A stretch of 64,000 nt of DNA. It comes from the human T2T-CHM13v2.0 reference genome, Homo sapiens. Position 1 is the stretch's first letter, and every line of letters begins with the position of its first letter. Positions 39,970-55,314 of this stretch are shown here, piece by piece. The notes below the pieces were generated by a model. The model ran no database searches. It had not been told where the DNA came from and worked only from the letters and a program-made list of their open reading frames with translations. The translations under genes were made by a program, and so were the position numbers. The stretch lies in NCBI RefSeq assembly GCF_009914755.1, contig NC_060926.1; one strand, 5' to 3'.

Positions 39970-41300
39970 ATGGATTAAAGACAAATGTGAAAGGTAAAAA
40001 CTTTAATAAAAGGAGATTATCTGTATGAGATTGGAAATAAGGAAGGACATCTTAAACAAGATATAAAAGCATACCATAAAGGTATAATGGTGCATTCTTG
40101 TCTTTAATATAGTCAAAAATTTTTTTCGTCAACCACAAAGACAGGAAAAAGATAAGCAACAACTTGGGAGGAGTTATTTGTAACACTGACAAAGGATTAG
40201 TTTCTAAAATATATAAAGACTACTACAAATCAGTGAGAAAAAGGCAAAGAACTCAGTGGAAAAATGAGTAAAACATAGGAATAGGCATTTCAAGGAAGAA
40301 GAAACAAGATGACAAGAAACATATGAAAAGATGTTCAACCTCATTATTAATCAGGCAAATACAAATTAAAACCTCAATGAGAAACCACTACACAGCTACT
40401 AGGGATGGCAAACATTTAAAAACCTGAGTGTTTAAGTATTAGCAAGATGTGGAGAAATGGAAACTCTTATACTTGTTTAGTGGAAATATAAATTGGCAAA
40501 ATTACTCTAGGAAATATTTGGAATTATTTATTAAAATTAAAGATGTGTATTGCCTGTGACCAGAAATTTCACTCCTAAGTATATACCCTAGGAATATATA
40601 GTTGCCCTGTTTGTAATAGAAAAAGCTAGAATCAACATAAATGTCCACTAACAGAAGAATGAATAAACTGAGTAGTGGATGAATAAATTGTATTCAGTCG
40701 GTGAAATACTATAGGCAGTGAAAATGAACATACCTACATCTACATATGTCAGCATGGCTATATTCAAAAATAATATTTAGTGAAAAAAGTAAGTAACAAG
40801 AAGAATGCACTATGTTTCCACTTATATAAAGTTCAGAAAGAAGTAAAACTAAACAAGTTGTTAAATGAGTTTGAGACCAACAATATAGCAAGACCCTGTC
40901 TCTACAAAAAGCCCAAAATTAGCTAGGCATGGTGGCATGCACCTATAATTCTAGCTACTCAGAGGGCTGAGGTGGGATGACTGCTTATGCCCAGGAGTTT
41001 GAGGTTACAGTGAGCTGTATTCATGCAACTGCACTCCAGCCTGGGTGACAGAGTGAGACTCTTTCTCTTAAAAAAAAAAGATTTTATTTATGGAACTTGC
41101 CTCATATGGGAAAACCATAAAGACAAGCAAAGGAATGGTTAAGACAAAATTTAAGACTGAGAGTAGATGGAAGAAGAAATGTAATTGAGGAGGGACACCC
41201 AGGGGACTTCAAAGGTACCGGTAATGTTAATGATTTTTCTCTCAATGGTGGGATGAAGGTGATTTTTATTTTGTTTTCTGGCTTTCCATATTTTTGTATG
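39970..41300 (+). mobile_element. L1ME-like 3' portion
   Basis: Degenerate ORF2 C-terminus (catatgaaaagatgttcaacctcattattaatcagg) and 3'UTR. Confidence 0.75.
40867..41079 (+). mobile_element. 5'-truncated AluJ
   Basis: gagtttgagacca...gactctttctcttaaaaaa. Confidence 0.85.
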
Positions 41301-41345
41301 TGTGGCTTTCAGAGAGGTGATGTCATATAGGGGTTTCTCTAGGGT

Positions 41346-41572
41346 TGTGGTTCTTAACCAAGGATGACTTTTTACTATCTTCCTCCCCCCAGGAGACATT
41401 TGGCAATGTCTGGAGAGTTATTTGGTTGCCGTGACTGGGGTTGGGAAACTACTGGCATTCAGTAGACAGAGGCCAGGGATTGCTGCTAAACATCCTACAA
41501 TGCACAGGACAGCCCAAGAGCAAATAATTATTTGGCCCAAAATGTCAATAGCGCTAAGGTTCAGAAACCCTG
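41346..41572. mobile_element. MER20 (hAT-Charlie) DNA transposon
   Basis: ggagacatttggcaatgtctggag...gctgctaaacatcctacaatgcacaggacagccc...aaaatgtcaatagcgctaaggttcagaaaccctg. Confidence 0.88.
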
Positions 41573-41574
41573 TT

Positions 41575-41810
41575 CTAAGAGCCAGACTCTTTGGGTTTGA
41601 ATTCCAGCTTTGCACTTTACAACCTGGGAGACTATGGGAAATTACTAATCTCTATGTCTCAGTATCATTGTTTATATGAGGCTAATAGTAGTATCCATCT
41701 CATAGGTTTGTTGTGAGAATTAACTGAATTAAAACATAAGGTACTGAGTCCAGAACCAGACAAATAAGAAGTACTTGATAAATTCTAACAATAATGTTTT
41801 ATTATTATTT
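41575..41810 (+). mobile_element. MIR
   Basis: gagccagactctttgggtttgaattccagct...ctcataggtttgttgtgagaattaa. Confidence 0.8.
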
Positions 41811-42282
41811 TTGTTGAATATATTCAATTGGTTGAGAAAAAAGTTGATTAAGAGAAATATGTTGAAAAATAGTTATTATAGCAATAGAAAATTATGCAAA
41901 GACACACATATGCAGAAACCCTACTTTAAAATGTAGCATGTGGAAATTTCACAAGAAGACTTTGCAAACAATGACAGCCTGTTATAATCCGTATCTTATC
42001 TGTACTTAATAGCAATTTCTAAACAAGAAACCAGAGCACTGAACATAAAGTGTATATGAGTTAGTGCTAATCTGAATTTAAGCTATATTAGTAACTGAAC
42101 TCAGTGTTGTGACAGATTACATTACAAAAACCATCCTATACTTTAGTACACAAACTGATATTTCCCTTATTCTCTATAAAGACCCTTCCAGAAAGATCCT
42201 TGGGAAGTCAGTTTCTTGATTGAATTTCATGTACACTTGTTTATCCAAGTGGATGTGTCTGTAAAGTTGTGACAGGATGCTG

Positions 42283-42584
42283 TTTTTTTGTTTGTTTGCT
42301 TATTTCAAGACAGGGTCTTACTCTGCTGTTGCTCAGGGTGGAGTGCAGTGGTGTGATCTCAGCTCACTACAATCTCCAGCTCCTGGGCTCAAGTGATCTT
42401 CCCACCTTAGCCTCCTGAGTAGCTGTGACTACAGGTACACGCCACTGTGCCTGGCTACTTTTTGTGTTTTTAGTAGAGATGGGGTTTTGCCATGTTGTCC
42501 AGGCTGGTCTCGAACTCCTGGGCTTATGCAATCCACCTTCCTTAGCTTCGCAAAGTGCTTGGGTGTGAGCCACTGCACCTGGCC
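42283..42584 (-). mobile_element. AluJ
   Basis: TSD caggatgctgtt/caggatgttgtt. Confidence 0.88.
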
Positions 42585-42839
42585 AGGATGTTGTTGTTGT
42601 TGTTCTTTTTTTAAAACAAGTATTCTAAAAAAATAAGCTATTTAAAATATATACAATTTATGGTAAAGTTTCTTGAAGCTTTCGCAAATTAAACAAATTC
42701 TTAGGCATGTATATTCAACTGTAATATGGCGTATTTCCCTCCAAGCAAATAAAGATTATTATTTTTATTTTCAATGCAGGTATGTCCAGAAAGAAGTAGA
42801 TTGAAGCAATGATATTGACCATTACTATCATTAGTATAG

Positions 42840-43040
42840 TTCCATATAATTAGCAAAGTCCTATCACATTTGTGTTCACAAAAGAGCTTCATAAAAATCC
42901 CGTGGAGTGTGTGGCATTATCTCTATTTTAGGAATGAAGAAGTTGAGGCTTAGAGAGATGAAATGACTCGCCCAAAGTTATAATGCTAGAAATTGTGGGA
43001 CTATCATTCAGACTCAAGTCTCACAATAAATCCTAGCCTT
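42840..43040 (-). mobile_element. MIR
   Basis: attatctctattttaggaatgaagaagttgaggcttagagagatgaaatgactcgcccaaagtta. Confidence 0.75.
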
Positions 43041-43339
43041 TCTGTAATTGGTATAACAGGGAATTGCTATTTCCTCTCAAAATGAACTGAGATGCGATGT
43101 CAGAGACAGAGAGGGAGAAGGGTTCAGAACTACCTGTCAGATGTGATATTTTATATGCATTATTTATAAAAATTATATGTAATAAAATATATTGAATAAT
43201 TTAATCATTATTATACACCTTTTATTTTTAAATTTTTTACTTTGGATAATTTCAAACATATACCAAAGAGAGAATGACATTTGCAAACTGCTGTATTACC
43301 CGCTACCCAGCTTCATCAGTTATCAACTCCTGGCTACTC

Positions 43340-43698
<359 letters not shown>

Positions 43699-43980
43699 TG
43701 AGTCAACTTGAAGATGTGTAATTTCATTTGTACCTACTCTGTTATGCACAATTTTATTTTAAAATAGCTTTTAAATAATAATTACAACTTGGGAATACTG
43801 AAAAGCTGAATAGTTTTTTAGAAGCTGTTAGTGTAGTTAATATAGACCAGTTAATCTAGTTAATGTAGTCCAGTTAATGTAGACCAATAGATAGCATTTC
43901 TTGAGTTCAAAATAATCACATACATTATGCTTTTCTCTTAGAATTTAAATGTCTAGTAATAAACAGAGAAAGTGTTTTAC

Positions 43981-44012
43981 CTGTTCTCTGCCGTCTTCTC
44001 TCAGTTCTCCGT
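43981..44012 (-). CDS. WDPCP: WDPCP penultimate exon, 32 nt (DGELREDGREQ)
   Basis: ttttaatcttttactttag|ACGGAGAA...GAACAG|gtaaaa; phases 1 and 0 match both neighbouring exons. Confidence 0.93.
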
Positions 44013-44257
44013 CTAAAGTAAAAGATTAAAACATTAATTATCTTAAAAGTCTAATAATGGACCTTAAGAAAATTTTTTTACAACACTAAAAACAGAAATG
44101 CTTAAAATAATAACAAGTTACAATGCTGAGAACTCTAGAGAAATAAAAAACCAAACCTTAACATAGTATGAAAGTGCCAATCATTTTCATATATATGTGT
44201 ATGGCTACCTTGCATTACAGTATTTACTATGTACAGTATATACTATAGTATATACTA

Positions 44258-44350
44258 GCAGCATATCACTTGAGAGCTTATTAGAAATGCAGAGCCATAG
44301 GCTCCAGCCCAGATCTACTGAATCAGAATCAACTTTTTAACAAGATCTCC
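44258..44350. mobile_element. MER5A fragment
   Basis: gagcttattagaaatgcaga...ccagatctactgaatcagaatc...tttaacaagatctcc. Confidence 0.75.
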
Positions 44351-44561
44351 AAATTTATCTATATTTATTTGTATGATCATTGAAATTTCACCTTTGTAAT
44401 AATCAGGCAACTTGGTATTTTATATCAATGACAAGCAGTCTTATACCAACTAGAAATGCTCAGAGTTTTCTTATTTTTATTAATTTACTGAAAGTTCTTG
44501 CAAGCTATAACATAGTTTTTCTGTTATACTTTGAATACTTGGGTGTCTTGAATACCATTAC

Positions 44562-44641
44562 CTTCTGCATTACAGGTATTAGTCATCAAAAATCCAGAAC
44601 AGATGTCTTTTTCAAGTTCATTCCTTCTGTCAATTATTTGT
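44562..44641 (-). CDS. WDPCP: WDPCP third-from-last exon, 80 nt (QIIDRRNELEKDICSGFLMTNTCNAE)
   Basis: ctgcag|ACAAATAATTGAC...GCAGAAG|gtaatg; open frame; phase-1 end joins the 32-nt exon (G|AC = Asp). The next upstream exon lies beyond the window. Confidence 0.9.
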
Positions 44642-46605
44642 CTGCAGTATATGGGTGTTTTTAATTGGAAAAAGGATTAAAAAAGAAAATTTTAAGGTTA
44701 GGTATAAGTTATAGATTTTAAAGTATTAAAATATTTTAAAATTTCTGGGTTAAAAAATGTAATTAAAAAATTTCTTTGGAAACTTTCAACAATATAGTAA
44801 TCATTTAAATACCATTATATTTAAAAACAGAGAAAGCCACTTTTAATTTTTCCACCATTAAATATTTTACCGGACATTTCAAAGAGCAGTTAAATTAAAC
44901 TTTAACATACAGATAATGTATTTTACATATGAAGTTTTAAGAGAAACAATCATGGAAACCAAATGTGATGCTCTGAACTCATGGTTATTACAAAATTAAA
45001 ATGAATGATGAAGTTTTATAAACTTGTAAAAGTAATTCACTTTTGATGTAGAAAACCCCCCACCAAAACATAGAAAAAGAATAATATAAATATCCAGAGT
45101 TGTTCTCTGGATATTTAGCTCCACTACTTATTATTATGTATCTTTTAAAAAAATAAAACTGAGATAATGTGGTCTTGTGAAATTTCATGTCATCATCTTT
45201 CACTTATTTTTTTTTGTTTTAAAATTTGTACTGTTTATATGTTAAAACTGACTTTCTTAAGGTATAGAGTTTTGTGAATTTTAACAGATGTTTAGATTCC
45301 TGTTATTACCATTACAAACAGAATATAGAACAGTTTCATCATGCCAAAAAACCCTCCCTTATATACTTTATAGTCACACCCCCTCAACCTATACACCCTG
45401 GCAACCACAGATATCTTCTTCATAACTATAGTTTTGACTTCACGAATGTTGTATGATTGGAATTATACCATATAAACTTTTGTGACTGACTTCTGTCATT
45501 CAGTATAATGCCCTGATATTCATCCAAGTTGTTAAACGTGTATCAATGGTTCACTGCTTTTTATTGCTGAGCAGTATTCCATTACAGATGTGTGTACCAG
45601 TTTATTTATTCACCTGTTGAAGGGTATTTTTCTCAGTTTTTGAAAATTATGAATAAAACTGCTACAAGCATTCATGTACAGTTTCTTGTGTGAACCTGTT
45701 TTTACTTTTCTAGTGTAAATACTTAATGGGATTGTTGAATCATATGGTGAATACATGTTTAACTTTATAAGAAACTGCAAAACCATTTCCCAGAAGAGTT
45801 GTACCATTTTATATTACATTTCATGCGACAATGAATGAGAGTTCAGTTACTTTGCATCATCCTCACCAGCACCTGGAATTGTCAGTATTTTTAAAAATTA
45901 TTGACATTCTAATAGGTGTACAGAGGTATCTATCTCATCATGGTTTTAATTTCAATTTCCCAAATAGCTCATGATATTAAATTTATTTGTTTGCTATCCA
46001 TATATCTCCTTATTGAAATGTCCGTCCAAGTCTTTTGACCACTGTAGTTGGGCTATTTGTTTTCTTACTGTTGAGCTTTGAGAGTTCTGTATATATTCTG
46101 GATACAACTCCTTTGCTGGATATGTGACTTGCAAATATTTGCTCCCATCATGTAGCTTGTCTTTTCAGGCTCCTAATAGTGCCTTTTGAGGAACAACAGT
46201 TGATGAAGTTACCAATTTTTTTAAAATGGATCATGCTTTTGGTGTCTAGTTGGAGAATTCTTTGTTAATCCCAGGTCACAAATATTTCCTCCTATGCTTT
46301 CTTCTAAAAGTTTGATAGTTTTACATTTTATATTTAGATCTATGATTTATTTTTAGTTAATTTTTGAGAGTAATGTGTGAGGTTTAGTTTGAGATTCTTT
46401 GTGTGTCTGTGTGTGCATAGATGTGTATTGTGCCAATACCATTTGTTGAAAAACTATCCTTTCTCCATTGAATTACCTTTGTACTTTTGTCAAAAATCAG
46501 CTGGGCATATTTATATGGGTCTATTTCTGGGTTATATGTTCTGTTTCATTAATCTGTGTGTCTGTCCTTTTACTAATACTGTAATTTCTTGATTAGTTAT
46601 AGCTT

Positions 46606-46812
46606 TGGGGATGGCAAACCACAGTCCCTAGGCCAAATCCAGTTCATACATATTTTAGTAAATAAAGTTTTATTGGAACACCTTCATTTTATATTATCTA
46701 TGGCTGCTTCCTTGCTATGATGACAGTTAAGTAGTTGTGACAGACTATGTGACCTGCAAAACCAAAAATCTTTACTAAATGGCCCTTCACAGAAAATGTT
46801 TGTCAACCCCTG
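46606..46812. mobile_element. MER58A (hAT-Charlie)
   Basis: ggggatggcaaacc...gtaaataaagttttattggaacac...gtttgtcaacccctg. Confidence 0.82.
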
Positions 46813-47054
46813 CTTTAGCAAAAGTCCTAAGATCATGTATGATCCTTCCAACATTATTTTCCTTTTTCAAAATGTTTTTTGTTATTCTAGCTTCTTTGTC
46901 TCTTTGTATAAATTTTAGAATCAGCTTGTTGATATCTTTAAAAAATCCTTCTGGGATTTTGATCAGAATTTTATCAAATCTTTAGATTAATCAGAAATCT
47001 TTAGATTAGTCAGGAGACAGCTGACATCTTTACTATATTGAGTCCAAACCGTAA

Positions 47055-47369
<315 letters not shown>

Positions 47370-47501
47370 CATTTATTTTAATCTTCTTAAGTTTTTAGCA
47401 TACAGATGGAATGTTTTGTTAGACTTATAACACAGTATTTCTTTTATTTTGGAGCTACTGTAATTTAAAAAGCTTTTTTGGTTTTCAATTGTACATTACT
47501 A

Positions 47502-47878
<377 letters not shown>

Positions 47879-49921
47879 TTATTAGTTGTAGGAACCATTT
47901 TGTCTGCAAAAAGGGATGGTTTCATTTCTTCTTTAGTACAGTGTTCCATAAGAGTGGTAAAAGTGGACATTTTTACCATGTTTCCAATCTTAGGAGGAGA
48001 ACATTCAGTCTTTCTCTATCAAGTAGGATAATAGCTGTAGTATTCTCTTTTTCCTTCTTGGTAGAAACTCTTTATAGTTTGAGGAAGCCCCCTTCTACTC
48101 CTAGTTTTCTGGGCTTTTTTTTTTTTTTTAATTATGAATGGGTATGGAATTTTGTCAGACATGCGTTTTGTACCAGTTGATTTGATCAGTTGATTTTTCT
48201 TATTTATATTGCTAAAATTGTGGATTACATTAATTTTTGAATATTGAATAAGCTGTGCATTCCCAAGGTAAATCCCACTTAATTCTAGTATACTATTATT
48301 TTTATATATTACTAAATTCTTAATCCTTGTTGAGGATTTTTACTTCTATATGTATGAGAGACAGTAGTCTATAGTTTTTTGTACTTTTTTTTCTTTCGTT
48401 TTGTAAAAAATTCCATGGGACTGCTTGATATCTTTTTTTGTACTGTCTTTGGGTAATAGCCTCAGAAAATGAGCTGGGATGTGTTGAATTATCATCTCAT
48501 ATTTTCTGAAAGAAATGTGCACAATTGCTAGTATATTTTTCTCTCAACGAATTCACCAGTGAAACCATCGGGACCTGGAGATCTCTTTTACAGAGTTTTT
48601 TGTTTTGTTTTAAACTACAAATTTAATTCCTTTAATAGCCATAGGATTCAGATGATCTCTTTCATTTTCTGCCAGTTTGGTAGTTTGTGGCTTTCAAGGA
48701 ATTATTCCATTCAAACTATGTTGTTAAACTTATTTGCATACAGTAGTTCATGACATTATTTTTTATCTACTTAATGTCGGTAAAGTTTAAGATAATGTAC
48801 CCTCTTTCGTTCCTGATATCAATAATCTATGTCTTCTTTTTCTCTTTGTCTGACTAGAGTTTTTTCAATTTTGTTGATCTTTTCAAACAGGCTTTTGACT
48901 TCATTAATTTTTTTGTTTTCAACTTCAATGATATATGCTCTTTATTATTTCCTTTCTTCTGCTTCCTTTGAGTTTACTTTGCTTTTCTTCCTTTAGTCTG
49001 TTTAGATGGAAGCTTAGATTGTTGACTGAGGCATTTCTTCTTTTCTCATATAAGCATTTAATTGAGTAAAATTCTTATTTTAAGCTGTGATTTTTTTTTT
49101 CAGTTTATAATCTTTTCTGATTTCCTTAAGACCATCTCTTTGACCTAGGGATTATTTAGAAGTTTGTTAATTTGTAAGCGTTTGGAGAATTTTCTCTATT
49201 TCTTTCTGTTATTTATTTCTAATCTATTCCCATTATGGTCAGAGGACATACTTTGTATATTCTTCTAGGTTTGTTTTATGACCCAGGATATGGTCTGTTT
49301 TGGTAAATGTTCACGTGCAAAAGGATGTGTGTTCTGGGTGGAATGATTTTCTGTCACTAGTTCTATCAGTTGTTGAGAAAGGACTGATGCAGTCTTCAAA
49401 TGCAAATGTAGATTTGTCTGTTCCCATTGTGATCTCTATCATTTTTTCTTATATATTATGACATTCTCTTGTCAGATGCAAACACATTTAGAATTGTTAT
49501 GCTTTCTTGATAAATTGGCTCTTTTATCATCTTTTCCTTCTTTGCTGGTGTCCCAAGTTTCCCTCTGGTATCATTTACCTTATGTCTCAAGAACTTTTAG
49601 TAATTCTTTAGTAACAAATCTACTGGAAACATATTTACTAAGTTTTCCTTCACCAAATTTGAAGTTTTCAGGTATTCTTTGTATATATATATTTTTCAGC
49701 ATTGCATTCTTTATCCTCTCCTTCTACAGCTCTAATGTCATGAATGTTAGACCTTTTGGCATTGCCTCACAGGTCCCTCGGTTCATTTTTTTAAAAAAAT
49801 ATGTTTTCTTTGTTGTTCATTGGATACTTTCAATTGATCTGTCTTCAAGTTCATTGACTTCCCTTTGTTATCTCTATTCTGCTATTATCAAACCTATCAA
49901 TGAGTTAAAAAATTTTGTGGG

Positions 49922-50219
<298 letters not shown>

Positions 50220-50303
50220 CTTTTTTTTTTTTTTTGGTTAATTTACTTTTGAATTCTTTATTTGTTTCTTCTTTATACCTTCTATTTCTTTTTGATACTT
50301 GGG

Positions 50304-50444
50304 TTTTTTTTTGTTTGTTGGTTTTTTAAAGAGATGAGGTGTCACTAGTTGCCTAGGCTACCCTCCAACTCCTGGGCTCAAGTGATCTTCCTGCCTCAGT
50401 CTCCCAAGTAGCTGGGACTACTGGTGCATGCCACCATGCCTGGC
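50304..50444 (-). mobile_element. Alu monomer (FLAM-like)
   Basis: Single antisense arm. Confidence 0.8.
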
Positions 50445-52809
50445 TTGTTTCAGTAATTTTAATGATTGTTGGAGCTCCTTAAAGTTTGTCAGATAATTCC
50501 AACATTTGTCATCTCAGCATTATTGTCTTTTACTAATCTTTTCTCATGTGAGTTGAGATTTTCCTGCCGCTTTATATATCAAGTAATTTTTGGTATCCTG
50601 GACATTTTGAGTATTTTAAGACTTGATCTTGTTAAAATTCTGTGATGAATGTTATTTTTGTTTTAGCAAGCAATTATCTTATGTTTAGGCTTCAAGTTAC
50701 AGTGTTCCTCTGTGAGCTATGGTATGTCAGTTTACTTTTCAAAGCCTCTTTGCAGGGCTGTTTGTCGTGCTATTTGGTGATATCTGCAGTGCTGTCAGTG
50801 TGTGTACCATCCAGTAGCAAATATATAACCTGGGTGATAGTTTATCTATCAGTTTAGATCTCAAAGTCTTTTATATACTGGTTAGAATCAGATCCACACA
50901 TGCATACCTTGGGGTAAGCCCTGGAGTTTATAAACAATTTAATGGGGTTGTTTTCACAAGCTTTCATGTCTGCAATCTCCTTTGGTGCTTTCTGGATCCA
51001 GGAAGCTGCATCTTTAGTTATCTTATGCTTCCATGTACCTCCATGGTTGCACTTGACTAGGCCCAAGTGGTGGTGAACTAAAGGAAAACACACTAGTAAA
51101 CTTGCCATAGGTTCAGAGGCACCTTAAGTTCTTGTCTTCGTCCTTATTTCTTCTGTATTATTTACTTTTCAGACTCCCCAAACAGCTGCTCCAATATATT
51201 CTACCTAGGATTTTTAGCTGCATTCAATGGGTGAGACAGGAGGAATGTGCTTACTCCATCTTACCAGGAACCAGAACCTGATAATCGTGATTTTTAAGTG
51301 AGTATATAGTATCTGTTATTTAGATATACTGTAATTTAGTCATTAATTCCCCACATATATTTTTAGGTCATTCACTTATACAATAACAATGTGATTAACA
51401 TTTTTATGTTTATATTACAAAAATGAAATTTAAAGTTATGGCATTTTTGGGCTTTTGTTATATGTTGCTAAAATTAGTTTCTGAAAGATTGATACTGATT
51501 TACAAATTTGACTATCACAAAGAATATTGACCACAATTCATTAAAATACATCAAATGATATTTAAAAATCCATATGAACCTCCCCTCCCCTACTACCCAA
51601 ACAGTGGCCACTACTGGGGGTTGCTGGGTTAATTTATTATCCTAAAAACTGATAAATCTAGGGAAGTTATCAAGCATTTACTCTGCCTTTCGAGGTAACT
51701 GAATAGTTGATAAGGAAACTTTTATTATGTATAGAAGTACTCAAACTTATAAATGCAGAAGGAGTTACAAAATTAGAAAATCATCATTTCACAACCCCTA
51801 ATAAAATAATCTAGGCAATGTTCATCAGTGATTTAAAAAACATCAGGTGAAAGGTTGATGGGGAAGTTTATAATGGAGAATTCCATTAATCAGTCTTTGC
51901 TTCACTAAAATACATTATATATCTCATGTTGTGATGTAATAGGAAGCCCACAGCACCATCTACTATGCATTACTTGGGACACAAAGCAACAATTTCCCCA
52001 AATTTGCTTATAGAACCATAAGTAAGAAAGCAAAATAATAAAAATGTATAAATATAGGGGATTTGCAGATGACATGTGCTCTTCTCCCTTGTTCCAGATA
52101 TGCAGTGTATCTGTGGGAAGAAGCATACAAAGCTTGATGTACGTTGAACCATAGTTAATAGATATGGTCTGTAAGGAAAATACTACATGATGCTGTGGAA
52201 GTGAGTCAGGGCATACTTAAGGAATTTTCTGGGCCTCTGCCATATCTGCAGAAGGCAGTTCAGTACCCTTGTCTAGCTCCATTTTCAGTTGTGCAGGAAA
52301 CACCAAAGACAAAAGCATCTATTATTTAGTTATAATTTTTGCATATATATATATAAATGGCGCCATATTCCTTATGTGCTTTTCACTTTCCATAATTCCC
52401 TCTCTGAAAGTCTGAATTTCTTAACCTTTTTGTCACTCCTTCTTGACACAGAAAGGTATGTGAACCTAGATTCAAAGAATATGGCACAGAGATAATAAAT
52501 AGACCCAAAGAAATAGTGAAAAGGACATTTCTGGCTGTTCTGCAATGGCAATATTTCATGATTTTGAAACACACACTTCAATATTTCATTATTCACTAAC
52601 AAAGCTGCAGGAGGTCCATATCTGAGAATAACTGCTTTCAGAAAATAAAACAAAAAAAGCCCCTTAAAGTGAATCAATTTAAACTGGGGTTGAAAATCAT
52701 AATAAATGGTGACAATATAATTTGACTAAAAATAAGAGGTAAAAATATATAGATAAGCTTATTTTACTTGTATTAATAAAATATATGTTGTAATTTCAAC
52801 TGTTCATAA

Positions 52810-53124
<315 letters not shown>

Positions 53125-55314
53125 ATCTGTGCGTAAATTCTTAGATGGAACAAAGTCAGTCAGTTTGATCTGGAGAGTGGGGAATGGGTCTACTTTTTCT
53201 GACCAAATTGTCTTACAGTATGATATGGCATATTTAACTTCATATTCGACTTGCACAGCATGCAAGTTCAGAAAGAGGACCATTTTTTTTTTCAAAAAAT
53301 ATTCAAGGACTTAATCACTTTTCTGAGGGATTCTATTAATACTTTGATAAATTCATTTGCAGTTTTATTATTCTTGTTGAATTTCTCTTTTTAATTGGTC
53401 TAAGTTCCTTTTCCTGATTTATCAATAGTTTTACATGAGATCTGGACATTTCTGTAACATCTCTTTCATTGACTTCATGAAACATTGTTTTTGCAAGATT
53501 TTTAGTTGTTTTGAAATATGTTTGTATTGCTGTGTTGGGTATTTAAAGAGCTGACAATCAGTGAAAATACTGATAAACTAATATTTCATAGGTGGGGATA
53601 AATGCTAGTCTTCACTGAGGAGGGATATTTGAATGGGGAGAGGACTGAGTTTACAAGTAGTTAACTTATTATTAAATATTTCATGTTATAAGGACTATTG
53701 TTCTATGTAAACTCATAACTACAGGGTCTCAGATAATGAATATTTGGGTAATTAGGAACCCCTGTAGTTAAAAAATTATATCTTTGAATGCAACTTATGA
53801 AGTTTGAATGCTCTGAGCTTTGTGGGATAAAAGTACTATGCAAATAGTAAATGTCACATAAAGTCCACTAATAAAGGTTAAGGATTTCAAAATATGTAAT
53901 ATAGATAAGGCTTTATACATGAAATTATACCTCATTTGACTTAGTTACTAAAAAGAAAATGAAACATTCCAAGTGAAAACACTTCTTAAAATACATAAAT
54001 TTTGGTGCCTTAGATTTTCTAAGTTTTTCATTTGTCTAGTTCTGGTACTGGAGAACTAACTGCAGTTCCATAAAAGAGCTGTGAATCTATAAAGCAGCTC
54101 ATTTCCTTCCAGCTTTTCTTGAGACATATTAAAGCCACAATAAAATATAACTTCTCTTACTCAATAAGCTTTAGTGGATCAGAAAAAGAAACTAAGAAAA
54201 TAGGCCAGATTAAGCTGGAGAGAAAATGGAAATCTTTTTGTTCTTCAACTCCCATTGTCTTTCTCACATTATCAGTTTTCTTAAAAATAGCTATAGAGTC
54301 AGTGAAAACGTGTAAACATCTTTAGATTGCCAAATTGATTATACCCTTTCATTTTTATGTTTTAAAAGAGCTTAAGATTGTTTATCTTCTTTGGAAAGAT
54401 GTTTAAAATTAGACACATTTAATCATATACCAAGGCTTAGAAAAGGATGTCTCTAGTGAGTTTCTGGTTTTATAGGCAGCAAACATAAAGCACCTGGTGG
54501 GCACAATATGAACTTACAGTTTTATGTAATATACATTAAAGCTACCTTAAGAGCTCAACACACTGGAAATGCTTAGTATATTCTACATTTATTTCAGTTT
54601 AAGATACAGAAATGGACTCCTAGACATATGCCATATGTTCTCCTCTCATGCCAAGTTAACAAGAATTAAAAGACTGAGATGAATAAACAAGGTCAACTTA
54701 GGCTGAGCCAAATTAGACAACAGAATAATTGTCAGATTTTCTGTTGGCAGGGACAGTTTGTTTTGAGCCAATCTTCATGAATTATAGGCTGTAATTTTTT
54801 TTTTCTGGTAAGTCTACTGCCAGGCATTCTGTTGACAATTTCTTTGTTTTGTAAACACTGAAAATTTTCATCCATTATATTGTTTATAGGCACACACCAG
54901 GATTCTGAATAGATCAGTATTTTTGGTTTGTTCCAACTTAAAGGAAAACTGCTTAGACATGAATCAAATAAAATCACGCCAAAATTTAACAACTTTTAAC
55001 AAGATAGTATTTCATTTGGAGTTTCTTATGTATGAATTCAATACTGGTTCATTATAATAGCAGGAAACCAACCAGTATTGTAGTTAATTTCTAGCTGTAA
55101 ATATCAAAGTAGATATATTTACTGCAAATACAAGGTTTATTTGTTCTACAATAAATAATTTTAGACCTTGGAAAGGATAATCTAATACAAATGAGAAAAT
55201 TGAGGCAACCAGAGAAGTTGACTTATTTGAAATACAAGAACTAGTTTAGGGCTGTACCTAATCTAATTATTTTTAATTTAGTCCTAGGATCATTCATTTT
55301 GTTTATACAGTGTC

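Noticed and set aside
43825-43892. CRISPR-like or other spaced repeat array
   Set aside because: Units are 9-14 nt and adjacent, with no unique spacers; eukaryotic context with no cas genes.
44642-44705. U12-type intron at the WDPCP 80-nt exon acceptor (taaccttaa, no pyrimidine tract)
   Set aside because: The motif does not match TCCTTAAC well and is about 55 nt from the AG rather than 10-20 nt. The 5' splice site is outside the window and cannot be checked.
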